Made by a program: the position numbers and the translations under genes
Virus record (IMG/VR): IMGVR_UViG_3300024259_000022
DNA: 64,000 nt
Source: an uncultured virus (IMG/VR IMGVR_UViG_3300024259_000022)
Lineage: Duplodnaviria; Heunggongvirae; Uroviricota; Caudoviricetes
Direction: 5' to 3' (one strand)
Part shown: positions 19,380 to 28,692 of the stretch, piece by piece
Position numbering within the stretch: the first letter of the stretch is position 1
Layout of the letters: each line of letters starts with the position of its first letter
Notes under the pieces: generated by a model
Seen by the model: the letters and a program-made list of their open reading frames with translations, nothing else
What the model was told of the DNA's origin: nothing
Databases searched by the model: none

Positions 19380-19992
19380 TTTCTTCTCCCTTATGCTTTT
19401 CTAAATAAAATATTGCTGAATATAAAACTTCGACATCATCACAGAACATGCCAAGAGCCTTATTGCAAAAATGGCATAACAATCCACGTATCTTTTCTGT
19501 TTTATGACAATGATCTACAGATAGTTTAAATTTAAATTCGCTCTGATGACGGCCGCATATAGAGCAACGACCTTGCTGCTCTTTATACATATTGTTAAAT
19601 TTATCTACAGTCATTCCCCTTATGCCCTTTTTCTCCCATAAATATTTCTTCCTTTCGGGACTCTGGTTGTATAATCTATTTTTTTCTTTTATATCTGGCC
19701 TTTGATTATATTCTTTTCCCCATTTTTGATGATACTCTGCTATCTTTTCCTTATTATTATCATAATATTTTTTCTGTATCTCTCTTTTTTTCTCCTTAAC
19801 TTCTGGTTTTTTATTTCTTTCTATAGATTTTTTAATTATCTCCTCTCTATTTTCTTGATAATATTTTCTTTTTCTTTCCGCTATTTTTTCCCTGTTAGCT
19901 TCTCTATACTTTCTGCTTCCTTCTTTTCTTTTTTCTTTTACGTCTTCTCTTTGTTCATATTCTTTTCTTTTTTCGGGGTCTTTAAACGGCAT
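19372..19992 (-). CDS. Endonuclease VII-like homing endonuclease with basic repeat N-terminus
   Basis: QQGRCSIC..LSVDHCHKTEKIRGLLCHFCNKALG. Confidence 0.9.
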   Translation of the reverse strand: MPFKDPEKRKEYEQREDVKEKRKEGSRKYREANREKIAERKRKYYQENREEIIKKSIERNKKPEVKEKKREIQKKYYDNNKEKIAEYHQKWGKEYNQRPDIKEKNRLYNQSPERKKYLWEKKGIRGMTVDKFNNMYKEQQGRCSICGRHQSEFKFKLSVDHCHKTEKIRGLLCHFCNKALGMFCDDVEVLYSAIFYLEKHKGEENV

Positions 19993-20139
19993 AAAATTTT
20001 CTCCATTAAAAAAGGCAAAACCTAATTCCTGAACACTACTAAAGAAAAAAGAGATTGCCCTTATATTTTTATATATAGATATTTTAAGGTAGTGTTCGAA
20101 TATCTATATACTATATTATATAAAAAACTTAAAAATCCC

Positions 20140-20220
20140 TTAAGAGAACTCTTCTCTAAGAACCCACCTCTTCCCATCAGGCAAAGGAGACACTATCAGG
20201 GGCCTTGTAAATTTGCTCAC
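20140..20220 (-). pseudogene. 5' remnant of a DUF1353 gene (26 codons)
   Basis: GTG-SKFTRPLIVSPLPDGKRWVLREEFS-TAA resembles MSSFTDRPILTPLHCGKKWVVRKEF of 18960..19379. Confidence 0.7.
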
Positions 20221-20303
20221 GTTTTAATCTTTTTCTTCTTAGCTCTTGCTATTTTCTTCTTGTATGCATCTCTTAACTTTTTGCTCTTTTTTTCAAAATT
20301 CAT
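20217..20303 (-). CDS. Very small basic peptide (28 aa)
   Basis: AAGGAG RBS; MNFEKKSKKLRDAYKKKIARAKKKKIKT; GTGA overlap with the next frame. Confidence 0.5.
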   Translation of the reverse strand: MNFEKKSKKLRDAYKKKIARAKKKKIKT

Positions 20304-20312
20304 AACTACTCC

Positions 20313-20657
20313 TTATAAGTCTAAAATGTCTGAACGATAATGTATTGTTTCAACTTCTGCTTTTAATATTGCGTTCTCTTCTGTTAGATCATTTATCTGA
20401 TTTTGGAAGGCAATTCTCTCTAACTCTATTTTTTTATTTACAACAAAAACCTTACCTGTCGTGTTGAATAGGTTGCTTTCATCTCCTGCTTTCTTTCCCC
20501 AATTTTGAGATCTATGAGTTCCTAAAAATTTAACTCTTATACTATGATCTCTAATGCAAATAACTTTTGCATCTTCATGAATCATACCACCAGGGCCAGA
20601 ACGAAAATGTAACAGATGCATTCCTAACGCTAACTCTATTCCCATCATATCTTTCAT
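20313..20657 (-). CDS. Hypothetical protein with C-terminal RSDILDL
   Basis: Likely start MKDMMG; ends IHYRSDILDL. Confidence 0.6.
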   Translation of the reverse strand: MKDMMGIELALGMHLLHFRSGPGGMIHEDAKVICIRDHSIRVKFLGTHRSQNWGKKAGDESNLFNTTGKVFVVNKKIELERIAFQNQINDLTEENAILKAEVETIHYRSDILDL

Positions 20658-20658
20658 A

Positions 20659-20865
20659 TTACCACCTATGAAAATGCTTATTAAATGATTCTTCATCTAT
20701 AGTTATTTCTTCAACTGGCCAATCTGTGCAAAAAGTCACCTTACCATCTCTTCTCTCTATAAGCTCTACCTTCAAAACAGGCCTACCACGATAACTATTA
20801 ACTTTATTATCGTAAATATATTTAACCCTACCAGCATGATATAATCTACCCATAAAATTTTTCAT
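20659..20865 (-). CDS. Hypothetical protein
   Basis: Tightly packed ORF. Confidence 0.5.
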   Translation of the reverse strand: MKNFMGRLYHAGRVKYIYDNKVNSYRGRPVLKVELIERRDGKVTFCTDWPVEEITIDEESFNKHFHRW

Positions 20866-21270
20866 CTATTCTTCCTTGCTATTTCTACAAGCATACGTTA
20901 AGCAGACATATGATCTAAGCTCTCTAGGCAATATACAACCATCTTTCCTCTGAAATCCAGTTCCATTATTCCATGAAGATAGTATCTCACTTCTTTCTTT
21001 ATCGGAGAAAAAAGAGATCTCATCCCATTCAAAAAAACCATGATGCTTTTTGCAGTCAAACTCTTTACAACAAAAGAACTCTCTACCTGAAGGACAATTG
21101 AAATTACAATTAGGTTTGTTAAAATATTCTTGCCTAAGATTGAAAAGATGCTCGCTATAAGGTGTTCCCCATATTATCTCTTTATATGGAATATCACTTT
21201 TTACAAACTCTCTTGTTCCATCAGGTATGGTTTCTATTTCTGCTAAATATATAGGGAATTTGTTATTCAT
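20866..21270 (-). CDS. Cys-rich hypothetical protein
   Basis: CNFNC, CCKEFDC, GCILPRELRSYVCLTYAC. Confidence 0.6.
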   Translation of the reverse strand: MNNKFPIYLAEIETIPDGTREFVKSDIPYKEIIWGTPYSEHLFNLRQEYFNKPNCNFNCPSGREFFCCKEFDCKKHHGFFEWDEISFFSDKERSEILSSWNNGTGFQRKDGCILPRELRSYVCLTYACRNSKEE

Positions 21271-21437
21271 AAATCTAAAATATCGAATCTATTGCTAACT
21301 TCTTCTTTTTTCATTACTTTTTTCTTTTCTAAATATCTTTTATGACAAGTCTCTGTACAAAAATAACCATAAATAGTTCTAACTCCGAACACATATATTT
21401 CATTTCTATTGCAAAATTTACAAATCTCAAGTCTCAT
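21267..21437 (-). CDS. Small Cys protein with C-terminal RFDILDL (56 aa, not in ORF track)
   Basis: MRLEICKFC..FCTETC..EEVSNRFDILDL; ATGA overlap with the next gene. Confidence 0.65.
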   Translation of the reverse strand: MRLEICKFCNRNEIYVFGVRTIYGYFCTETCHKRYLEKKKVMKKEEVSNRFDILDL

Positions 21438-21468
21438 TTTAATCCTATCTTATATTTCATCGACTCGA

Positions 21469-23571
21469 TTATATTACAAAAATTGGTTCATATCTATAAT
21501 CGCCTCCATACTGAGGCATTCTAATCTTATCCACCTTATATGTTATATTTTCGCTTTTCAAGTATCTTTCTAAATCATCTGCTATCATATATCCTCCGAC
21601 ATTAGCTATATTTATACCTACCTTCTCACTTATCCTCATTGCCTCTTGAACGGCTTTAATTAAAAACCCCTCAAACCATCCACTATAACTTTTATATCTA
21701 TTACAGCTTTGACTGGAGTCATCTGAGTATATCTCAGCATTAAAATAAGGAGGAGATGTAAAACAAAAATCAAAACTCTTATCTGCAAATTGTTTCATTG
21801 CTAAAATGCTATCTTGGTTAAAAATACTAACTTCCTTCTCTACTTCCCTATGTAACCTTAAAGTCCTATAAAGATCATGTAAATTAGAATAAGTCTCAAA
21901 ATTTACCTCTGAACAGGTATACGACTTAACCTTGTCACATGCCATCGCTCCGAATAACCTTCCTCCATACCCTGCACAAAAATCAAAGACCCTACTATCT
22001 TCCTCGCAATACTTATGATAAATAGATTTGGCGACACAAGGCATAAAACCACTTACCTGCTTATTCCCCCTATATCTCTGCAATGCTTTTAATATTTTTT
22101 CTTTTGAAGGGAAATAACCTTGAACAATAATCTTTCTTATAATATCAGATAAATATTCTTTATTATCAAAAACCTCTTTGGGGGATTGTCCACCCTTTGC
22201 CTTGGCCTCCCAGAAATTAGAAAAATGAGACATTAAAAATTTATTTCCCAAATTAGAAAAAGAAATATGATCATCATTTATAAGATTATTAGGATTGATA
22301 TCAAAAACAGAATTCATATGACTTTCCCATTTATTCTGTCTTTCAATCAAAAAATTAACACCTCTCGACTGATAGAAATAAACTATATCATTTATTTTTT
22401 CATCCTGCTCTTTAATAGATAAAACAGAGAAATCTGCCCCTAATGGACATTCTAAAACATTATGACCGACCACCCTTATTTCTTTATCTTTTCTTTCCTT
22501 AACATATTCATTATAGTTTATTTTATAATTAAACATAGGAAGGATATATGGCTCTACTAATTGAATAAATTTATTTACCGACACTATACTCACCTTAATT
22601 CTATACCCTATTCTATTAGATAAAACTCTTTCTTTTAGCTCAACACTTATATCATATCTTTCTTTAAACCATTTTTTTATATTCTCACAACTTTCTTTAG
22701 AATACGAGTCTGTACAAAACTTAAAAATCGGAAGATTATTATGATTATATCTAACCTTATTCCTATAACTCCAATCTGTTTGTCCATCATCCATTAGCCA
22801 TACCGCTATAGATAAGGGGCTTAAACAGTTTAATATCTCTTCAGTAATCTGCTTGTCATCTTGAGTATAAAATAAAGAAATGCACTTTTCGACATCACTA
22901 TTTGCATGAGTATAAAACTTCCATGTTGATATGGTGGTTTCAGAACGTTTATCTATTTTTTCCACTTTCTTTAAGGAATTTTTAGAAGCTATACTTTTAA
23001 ATTCCTTATATTTCCACAATAAATAATCTTTTTGAGTTTCGCAATGCTTAAATGCTGCTGATGAAGAAGACATCCTATAGCCATCTCCCATCATAGATCC
23101 ATATAATATTTCTTTTTGTCTTTGAGTCAATGGGACTTCTGTCTTTTTCCTATGTATATATTTTGCACCTTTATTCTTTTGCCCATATAACTGTCTTAGA
23201 TATGTTAGATCGTCTCTAGCTATTTTATATTTTTTAGAAATATCATCTAAGGACAAACCATTATCATATTCTCTTTTAAAATCTTCTTCTAAAATGGTTA
23301 TTTTACCTTGCGCAAAATTGCTATAAAATTGGACTAGATGTTTGGATGTGGTTTTACTTATTTCTTTAATGCTATTTCCATCACCAACTAATTCTTTGAA
23401 TTTTCTAAAAGAAATAAACGTCTTACTTCTATTGCGAGATCCTATATCTAAATTCTTATCTAAATAGGGAGTAATCAATTCCCATTTATATTTAGACTGC
23501 ATTCTCTTAATCTTAGATTGCTTCATTTTCTCAATAGTTTGAGTGGATAGCGTTTCACCTTGTTGGGCCAT
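21469..23571 (-). CDS. LAGLIDADG endonuclease fused to an amino-DNA methyltransferase
   Basis: ILYGSMMGDG and IAVWLMDDG helices; MTase motif I FDFCAGYGGRL, motif IV TSPPYF. Confidence 0.85.
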   Translation of the reverse strand: MAQQGETLSTQTIEKMKQSKIKRMQSKYKWELITPYLDKNLDIGSRNRSKTFISFRKFKELVGDGNSIKEISKTTSKHLVQFYSNFAQGKITILEEDFKREYDNGLSLDDISKKYKIARDDLTYLRQLYGQKNKGAKYIHRKKTEVPLTQRQKEILYGSMMGDGYRMSSSSAAFKHCETQKDYLLWKYKEFKSIASKNSLKKVEKIDKRSETTISTWKFYTHANSDVEKCISLFYTQDDKQITEEILNCLSPLSIAVWLMDDGQTDWSYRNKVRYNHNNLPIFKFCTDSYSKESCENIKKWFKERYDISVELKERVLSNRIGYRIKVSIVSVNKFIQLVEPYILPMFNYKINYNEYVKERKDKEIRVVGHNVLECPLGADFSVLSIKEQDEKINDIVYFYQSRGVNFLIERQNKWESHMNSVFDINPNNLINDDHISFSNLGNKFLMSHFSNFWEAKAKGGQSPKEVFDNKEYLSDIIRKIIVQGYFPSKEKILKALQRYRGNKQVSGFMPCVAKSIYHKYCEEDSRVFDFCAGYGGRLFGAMACDKVKSYTCSEVNFETYSNLHDLYRTLRLHREVEKEVSIFNQDSILAMKQFADKSFDFCFTSPPYFNAEIYSDDSSQSCNRYKSYSGWFEGFLIKAVQEAMRISEKVGINIANVGGYMIADDLERYLKSENITYKVDKIRMPQYGGDYRYEPIFVI

Positions 23572-23613
23572 GACTATCTCCTTAATAATATAATATTAAT
23601 TACTATATTATAC

Positions 23614-23640
23614 ATTCGACAATCACTTTTCAAATCCTTT
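23614..23640 (-). promoter_or_regulatory. SigmaH-like promoter (best example)
   Basis: AAAGGATTT-14 nt-GAAT upstream of the LAGLIDADG-MTase gene. Confidence 0.65.
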
Positions 23641-23737
23641 ATTATTCCTGAATATAAATTATTATGGAATAACTATATTTTTTGCTATCATTTATTGTGA
23701 TAAAAATGACATAAGTGCTTATGAATAAAGGACTTAA

Positions 23738-24748
23738 TTATTTGAATAGATACCTAAACCAACGGCTCCTTCCACCAGGAAGGGTAAATTCGGGAGTTAC
23801 GACCATTCTACTACGAGGATATGGACCAAGTTTCTTTTGCTCTAGGAGTTTTTCAGCATCTTTCTCATAATTTTGTTTTATAGTTTCAAAATTAGCAAAA
23901 GCCTTTGCTGCTTGATCTGGGCCTCCAAACACTTGAGCAGGCTGTTGGAAGTTGATACAAAGCATTAATTGCCTTAGAGCATCTTTAGCTGCTCCATACA
24001 AGACAGCAGGAGTGAATCTATCAGGTATATTCTCCACAGTGTAACCTGAGTGAGGAGGATAAGTATTCATCGATTGTATAGAATTTAGAATAAATCTATT
24101 CAACTCATCATCAGAGAACCATTTAAAATTATAATCTACGTTAATAGTTTCCTGAGACATAAGAGCAGTAGAGAACGTAACTTTCCCATTAAAATAATCT
24201 ATATTTATTCCTGAACTAACTAATTCTCCATTCCTATATACTCTTGCCCCTGCCGTATTATTCCATTCTCCAAAAGAAAATTGATAAGTTTTTAGATCAT
24301 AAGAAGGTTTTGCTTGTTCATAATAAACAGGTATAGATTGAGCACAGTTAATATGATGCTCTAAAGCTGCTCTAAAAGCTACCCATCTTTCTGTATAAAA
24401 GAATGTAGCATTAGGAGTAGAATCTGTAATAACTACAGTTTGAACTTCAGTAGTTTCAACACTATCCACTATATATACCCATTCTGCTGTATATGTTCCA
24501 ACGCTTGCATCAGCTTCTATCAGCCACGTATAAATATAAAAACCTGTATCACCTTTATAAGGGATGCCAGTACTAACTTCTTCTCCTGCGCTTTGATCTT
24601 CAGCAGGGCCAGACACAGTGCAAGTTATAGAATAAGGATCAATTGGAGTTCCTCCTATATCTATTACCTTTAGAAATAGATTAACAATCTCTCCCTGTCT
24701 AAATGTTCCTCTCGAACTTGCATTAGCGTTAATATCTGTTAGTGCCAT
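23738..24748 (-). CDS. Virion structural protein, probably head-tail adaptor with Ig-like N-terminus
   Basis: DPYSITCTV..FYIYTW..GTYTAEW beta-sandwich; KWFSDDELNRFI..PAVLYGA adaptor-like helices. Confidence 0.5.
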   Translation of the reverse strand: MALTDINANASSRGTFRQGEIVNLFLKVIDIGGTPIDPYSITCTVSGPAEDQSAGEEVSTGIPYKGDTGFYIYTWLIEADASVGTYTAEWVYIVDSVETTEVQTVVITDSTPNATFFYTERWVAFRAALEHHINCAQSIPVYYEQAKPSYDLKTYQFSFGEWNNTAGARVYRNGELVSSGINIDYFNGKVTFSTALMSQETINVDYNFKWFSDDELNRFILNSIQSMNTYPPHSGYTVENIPDRFTPAVLYGAAKDALRQLMLCINFQQPAQVFGGPDQAAKAFANFETIKQNYEKDAEKLLEQKKLGPYPRSRMVVTPEFTLPGGRSRWFRYLFK

Positions 24749-24770
24749 TATCTCTCCTGTTTATCATTAC

Positions 24771-25301
24771 TTATATATTATTATTTTCGCGATAAAAACC
24801 TTTATTTTTTAGAAGAGGCAAAAGGCGTGTGGTTTTAGAAGCAGGCTCTACCTGTTTAGTTTTTTGACCTTCTTCTTTGTTACCAATCCCATTCCACGAT
24901 CCACCTAAAGTAATAATTGCAAGAACGACTGTAACAGCAATAAATGCTCCTATAAACCAATATCCTATTTTTCTTGTCACGCTTATTGCTTCTTTGTTTG
25001 CTCTAACAGACTCCCATACCCCAGGGTCTCCATTACCCCTTAGTTTGTCGTCAAAAGTCTTAAGTTCATCTATCTTATCCCCCACAGACCTATTAACTAA
25101 AACAATTTTATTTTTAAGATTTGTATGACTTACTATAATATCTCTAGACAATTTTGCCATTATCTCTTTTATCTCTTCGTGTTGATCTCTTTCCTCTTGA
25201 CTTATTTCTCTAATATCTTTTTTAATAATAGCTAAATCTTTATCAAGTACATCGTGCTTAATTTTGCAAACTTCAGGTAAAAAATCATCTCCAGGGGCCA
25301 T
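24771..25301 (-). CDS. Coiled-coil membrane protein
   Basis: LRGNGDPG motif and TM helix YWFIGAFIAVTVVLAIITLG. Confidence 0.55.
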   Translation of the reverse strand: MAPGDDFLPEVCKIKHDVLDKDLAIIKKDIREISQEERDQHEEIKEIMAKLSRDIIVSHTNLKNKIVLVNRSVGDKIDELKTFDDKLRGNGDPGVWESVRANKEAISVTRKIGYWFIGAFIAVTVVLAIITLGGSWNGIGNKEEGQKTKQVEPASKTTRLLPLLKNKGFYRENNNI

Positions 25302-25302
25302 G

Positions 25303-26118
25303 TTATCTCCTATCGTTAAAAATCCTATCTAACTCAGAGTATACTAATTTAGATATATTTTTTTTGTTCTCTTTCTTATATTGTTCTACTAAAACTGCCG
25401 CAAGTCCTGCAAAAAATACTGTAGAAACTGAAGATCCTGAAATTTTGGCATACTTGTTTTCTAAGTAAGTTGTGTATAACCCCTTGTTAGGCAAATAAAA
25501 GTCAACTTTTTCCTTAATTAAATCATTTTTTTTCTTTGATCTTGTTAAAAAACCAGCTGAAAATACTTCATCGTATCTTGCTGGAAAATCTATTTTTTCA
25601 CTATCTCCTGCTGCAGCAAAAACACAAATGTCATGTTCTTTTGCTTTTTTAATAGCATCATTAAGAACCCTATAATCATATTGAGATCCCATAGCAATAA
25701 CAATAATATCTACATCTTTAACAATAGCCCATAAAACTCCTGCTACTAAAGAGTTAAAACTACACTCCCCTTTATAATTTACAACTTTGGCAAATAACAA
25801 CTTTGAATGAGGAGCTAGTCCTATAATTGATTTTCTACTATTAGATTTAATAATTCCTGCCATCATCGTTGAATGACCATTTTTATCATTTGAAATGATA
25901 TTCTCATCACAAAAACTTATTTTATCACCTTCAAATTTTATATCTTTATGATTAGTGCAACCAGAATCTAAAATGGCTATTTTCACACCTCTACCTGTAC
26001 ATTTATTATCTACCCCATAAACAGATGGAGAATAGATAATTGTTGAAGGTACCTCATCAACGACTGCCCTTTTCTTTTTATCGATCAAAAATCGATCACT
26101 TAACGCATCTACTTTCAT
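25303..26118 (-). CDS. Subtilisin-like S8 serine protease
   Basis: IAILDSG (Asp), NGHSTMMAG (His), SGSSVST (Ser). Confidence 0.88.
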   Translation of the reverse strand: MKVDALSDRFLIDKKKRAVVDEVPSTIIYSPSVYGVDNKCTGRGVKIAILDSGCTNHKDIKFEGDKISFCDENIISNDKNGHSTMMAGIIKSNSRKSIIGLAPHSKLLFAKVVNYKGECSFNSLVAGVLWAIVKDVDIIVIAMGSQYDYRVLNDAIKKAKEHDICVFAAAGDSEKIDFPARYDEVFSAGFLTRSKKKNDLIKEKVDFYLPNKGLYTTYLENKYAKISGSSVSTVFFAGLAAVLVEQYKKENKKNISKLVYSELDRIFNDRR

Positions 26119-26130
26119 GTAGTATCCTTA

Positions 26131-26859
26131 CTAAATAATATTCATAGGGACTTTACAAATTTCCCCACTATTAAATAACTCTAATTTTGTTGATAACGGA
26201 AATGTCTCTAAGTAGTAAACATATTTCTTCATAGACATTGCTAAATGGAAAGTAATCAAATCATCAGTAATAATCTTCTTACACCTATTGATCTCATCCA
26301 TTCTTTTGAAAATATTTTTCTTGTATGGCACATACCATATTTTCTTCTTGTCTATATCTAAGTTATCTAACACGTAATTTCTTATGTTAGCATTTGCTAC
26401 AGATACACCTATCTTATTAGATTTAACTTTAGTTTTAGGATAATATCTAATATCATATCCCTCACCACTCCACGTTAATCCGCTTAATATAAAATATAAT
26501 TGAAAAATGTTCATATTAAAGCATTCTTTATTTTCCGAAAAAACCTTTTTAAACTTGTCAAAATAAGGATGAAAATAAAATCCTGTCGCCCTATCAGCAT
26601 AGGGCTTCATAGCAATATTCTCTGGAAAATTAAGATATAAGTTAATAAGTAAATCATAGTCTCTTTTTTCGGACATAAACTCATCAAATGGCATAGTCTT
26701 TGAAACATCTTTATTATACTTATTGATATAACAAAGCTCTTCCTTATCAACTACCCAAGTGATATTAGTATCTACGTCCTTCTTCTTAATTCCCCTTATA
26801 ATACTTGTTGCAGGGATTAATTGAGAAACATTTCCCAAATGAATAATAGCTATTTCCAT
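26131..26859 (-). CDS. GT9 (heptosyltransferase)-like protein, divergent
   Basis: IIHLGNVSQLIPATSIIRGIKKK..ITWVV; IITDDLITFHLAMSMKK. Confidence 0.65.
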   Translation of the reverse strand: MEIAIIHLGNVSQLIPATSIIRGIKKKDVDTNITWVVDKEELCYINKYNKDVSKTMPFDEFMSEKRDYDLLINLYLNFPENIAMKPYADRATGFYFHPYFDKFKKVFSENKECFNMNIFQLYFILSGLTWSGEGYDIRYYPKTKVKSNKIGVSVANANIRNYVLDNLDIDKKKIWYVPYKKNIFKRMDEINRCKKIITDDLITFHLAMSMKKYVYYLETFPLSTKLELFNSGEICKVPMNII

Positions 26860-26862
26860 GTT

Positions 26863-27498
26863 TTATCCGTCCAATAGTTCTGATAATTCTGACATTGTAG
26901 CAGCTCCGCTCTCGCCTGTTCCTACTCTTGGTCTTGCTCCTGATACTTCTGAAGAGAAGTCTATGACTTCAGCATCTCCATGTTCAGACTGGTTTTCTAA
27001 CTCTTCTCTATCAACCAATATGCTCCCTATTCTTTCATCTTCCTTCCTAACCCTTTCCTCTTCTAACTCTTTTCTTTTAGAAGAAGTGATCAGTTCTAAC
27101 TTCTTATTTTTAATCAATGCCTGCAAAAGAGGTGTCTGTTTTATTTTTTGGATCAAAGCAGGAGTCAAAGGATGAGCATCATAATGCCCTCTAAACCTTA
27201 ATAAATCATCTATAGGAATAATCTCTTCTCCTGCCACATGTATATATGTCTTTTTTTCTTGAACAGGAATAGGAGCGTCTTCTATTACAACTCCCATATT
27301 TTTAATCATATTAATAACTTCTACAGGCACAGTTTGAACTGCATTAGTTATATAAAGAACACTACTGTTATTCCCTATGTGAGCATGTAATTGTCCAGCA
27401 TATTTAAAAGGAATTCTAATAACTCCCTTTTCTCCGTACAACTCAATCATGCTAGTGTTAACATTTAAAAATAGTATCATCATTTTACTTTTCTCCAA
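26863..27498 (-). CDS. Hypothetical protein
   Basis: Long ORF in the operon. Confidence 0.6.
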   Translation of the reverse strand: MEKSKMMILFLNVNTSMIELYGEKGVIRIPFKYAGQLHAHIGNNSSVLYITNAVQTVPVEVINMIKNMGVVIEDAPIPVQEKKTYIHVAGEEIIPIDDLLRFRGHYDAHPLTPALIQKIKQTPLLQALIKNKKLELITSSKRKELEEERVRKEDERIGSILVDREELENQSEHGDAEVIDFSSEVSGARPRVGTGESGAATMSELSELLDG

Positions 27499-27531
27499 TA
27501 ACTAGATATCTACTATTATATCGGAATAATT

Positions 27532-27566
27532 AAAAAAAAATCCACATTCCGAAGAACATGGATTTT
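27532..27566 (-). terminator. Intrinsic terminator with cUUCGg loop
   Basis: ATCCATGTTC-TTCG-GAATGTGGAT followed by a T-run. Confidence 0.8.
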
Positions 27567-27594
27567 CATATGAGTGTAAAATATAAAAATATAA

Positions 27595-27717
27595 TTATTT
27601 TTTAAATTTTGCCACAATTCCTAAAACTAATTCTTTAAGAGCACCATATAGCTTAATCCAAAAGGGAGAAAAAGCAGCACCTAGAGCTATTCCGATTGCT
27701 AAACTAATCAAGTCCAT
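27595..27717 (-). CDS. Small membrane peptide (40 aa, not in ORF track)
   Basis: AAGGAG RBS; MDLISLAIGIALGAAFSPFWIKLYGALKELVLGIVAKFKK. Confidence 0.7.
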   Translation of the reverse strand: MDLISLAIGIALGAAFSPFWIKLYGALKELVLGIVAKFKK

Positions 27718-27736
27718 AATACTATCTCCTTAAAAA

Positions 27737-28336
27737 TTAGGTTGCACTTGCGTCAATAGTCAACTTATTAACTTGCTTATTGCCACTCTTAAGATCAACA
27801 ATTCTAAAATCTACTCTTCTAACAGGACTAGCTATACCGTTAATATAACTTCTTGTCTTCAGAACATAATTGTCTCCACCAGACTTATTTTGTCTTACAG
27901 TAAAAGGCCCTGTATATAACTGAGCTTTTGTTCTGCTTGGATCTTTACCATTAAGAGTGTAATAAGTATACATAGTCTCATTTTGAACTATGCCAGTATC
28001 CTGCTCCCCGTAGAATATATTATTATCATTTGATTCTCTATCCTCAACAGCTTTTCTCCAAACAGGTTGATTATTATGAAAACCCTTATTAGTAGCAGCA
28101 TCTGGATTAATAGTAACCGTTACAGACCTTGAGAAAGCATCAGAAGCCCTATTATCGACATCTTTAGCTGTTATCTGAGTCTCATTACCAATTACACGTT
28201 GATGATCTCTACTATAAATCCTAGTTATAGAATCAAGAGTCCCATCTGTTGTATTTACTTCTTTTCCTGCGATACGAACTTCAGGAGCATCTACTCTTCC
28301 ATTAGGATCGTTAGGATGATTAATATTTATAGCCAT
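27737..28336 (-). CDS. Structural protein with a chitobiase/Fn3-associated Ig-like domain
   Basis: YYTLNGKDP..LYTGPFTV..LKTRSY motif. Confidence 0.65.
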   Translation of the reverse strand: MAININHPNDPNGRVDAPEVRIAGKEVNTTDGTLDSITRIYSRDHQRVIGNETQITAKDVDNRASDAFSRSVTVTINPDAATNKGFHNNQPVWRKAVEDRESNDNNIFYGEQDTGIVQNETMYTYYTLNGKDPSRTKAQLYTGPFTVRQNKSGGDNYVLKTRSYINGIASPVRRVDFRIVDLKSGNKQVNKLTIDASAT

Positions 28337-28393
28337 TATTTTCTCTCCTTTTTTAAGATATTTTTAAATTAACTCTTTACCTTTATTTTAATA

Positions 28394-28421
28394 ATTTCCA
28401 CATAAAAGTAAAAAATCCTTT
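28394..28421 (-). promoter_or_regulatory. SigmaH-like promoter
   Basis: AAAGGATTT-14 nt-GAAAT. Confidence 0.6.
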
Positions 28422-28447
28422 TTATTATTTTATTTTTATTATTTTAA

Positions 28448-28678
28448 CTAGGCATCTATGTCAGAATAATCATTAATCACTATATTGCCCTCTTTTATCT
28501 TCCTCTCTCCTTTTTTTGATATCTTAACTAAAAACTCTTTAACAACATGGTCTAACCACTCACTGTCTGTGTAGACAAGGTTATCATCATCATCAAATCT
28601 TGTATTAGGTTTAGCAGCAAGAAACTCTGCCTTGTAACCTACTAAATATTGCTTAACTGCTGTTGTTAGTATTGCCAT
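28448..28678 (-). CDS. Hypothetical protein (possible fibre-associated)
   Basis: AGGAG RBS; follows the fibre-like gene. Confidence 0.6.
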   Translation of the reverse strand: MAILTTAVKQYLVGYKAEFLAAKPNTRFDDDDNLVYTDSEWLDHVVKEFLVKISKKGERKIKEGNIVINDYSDIDA

Positions 28679-28692
28679 TATATACTCCTATT

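Noticed and set aside
21469..23571. Intein inside the methyltransferase
   Set aside because: No C/S/A-start block A or HN-[CST] end flanks the LAGLIDADG domain, which lies N-terminal to the whole MTase
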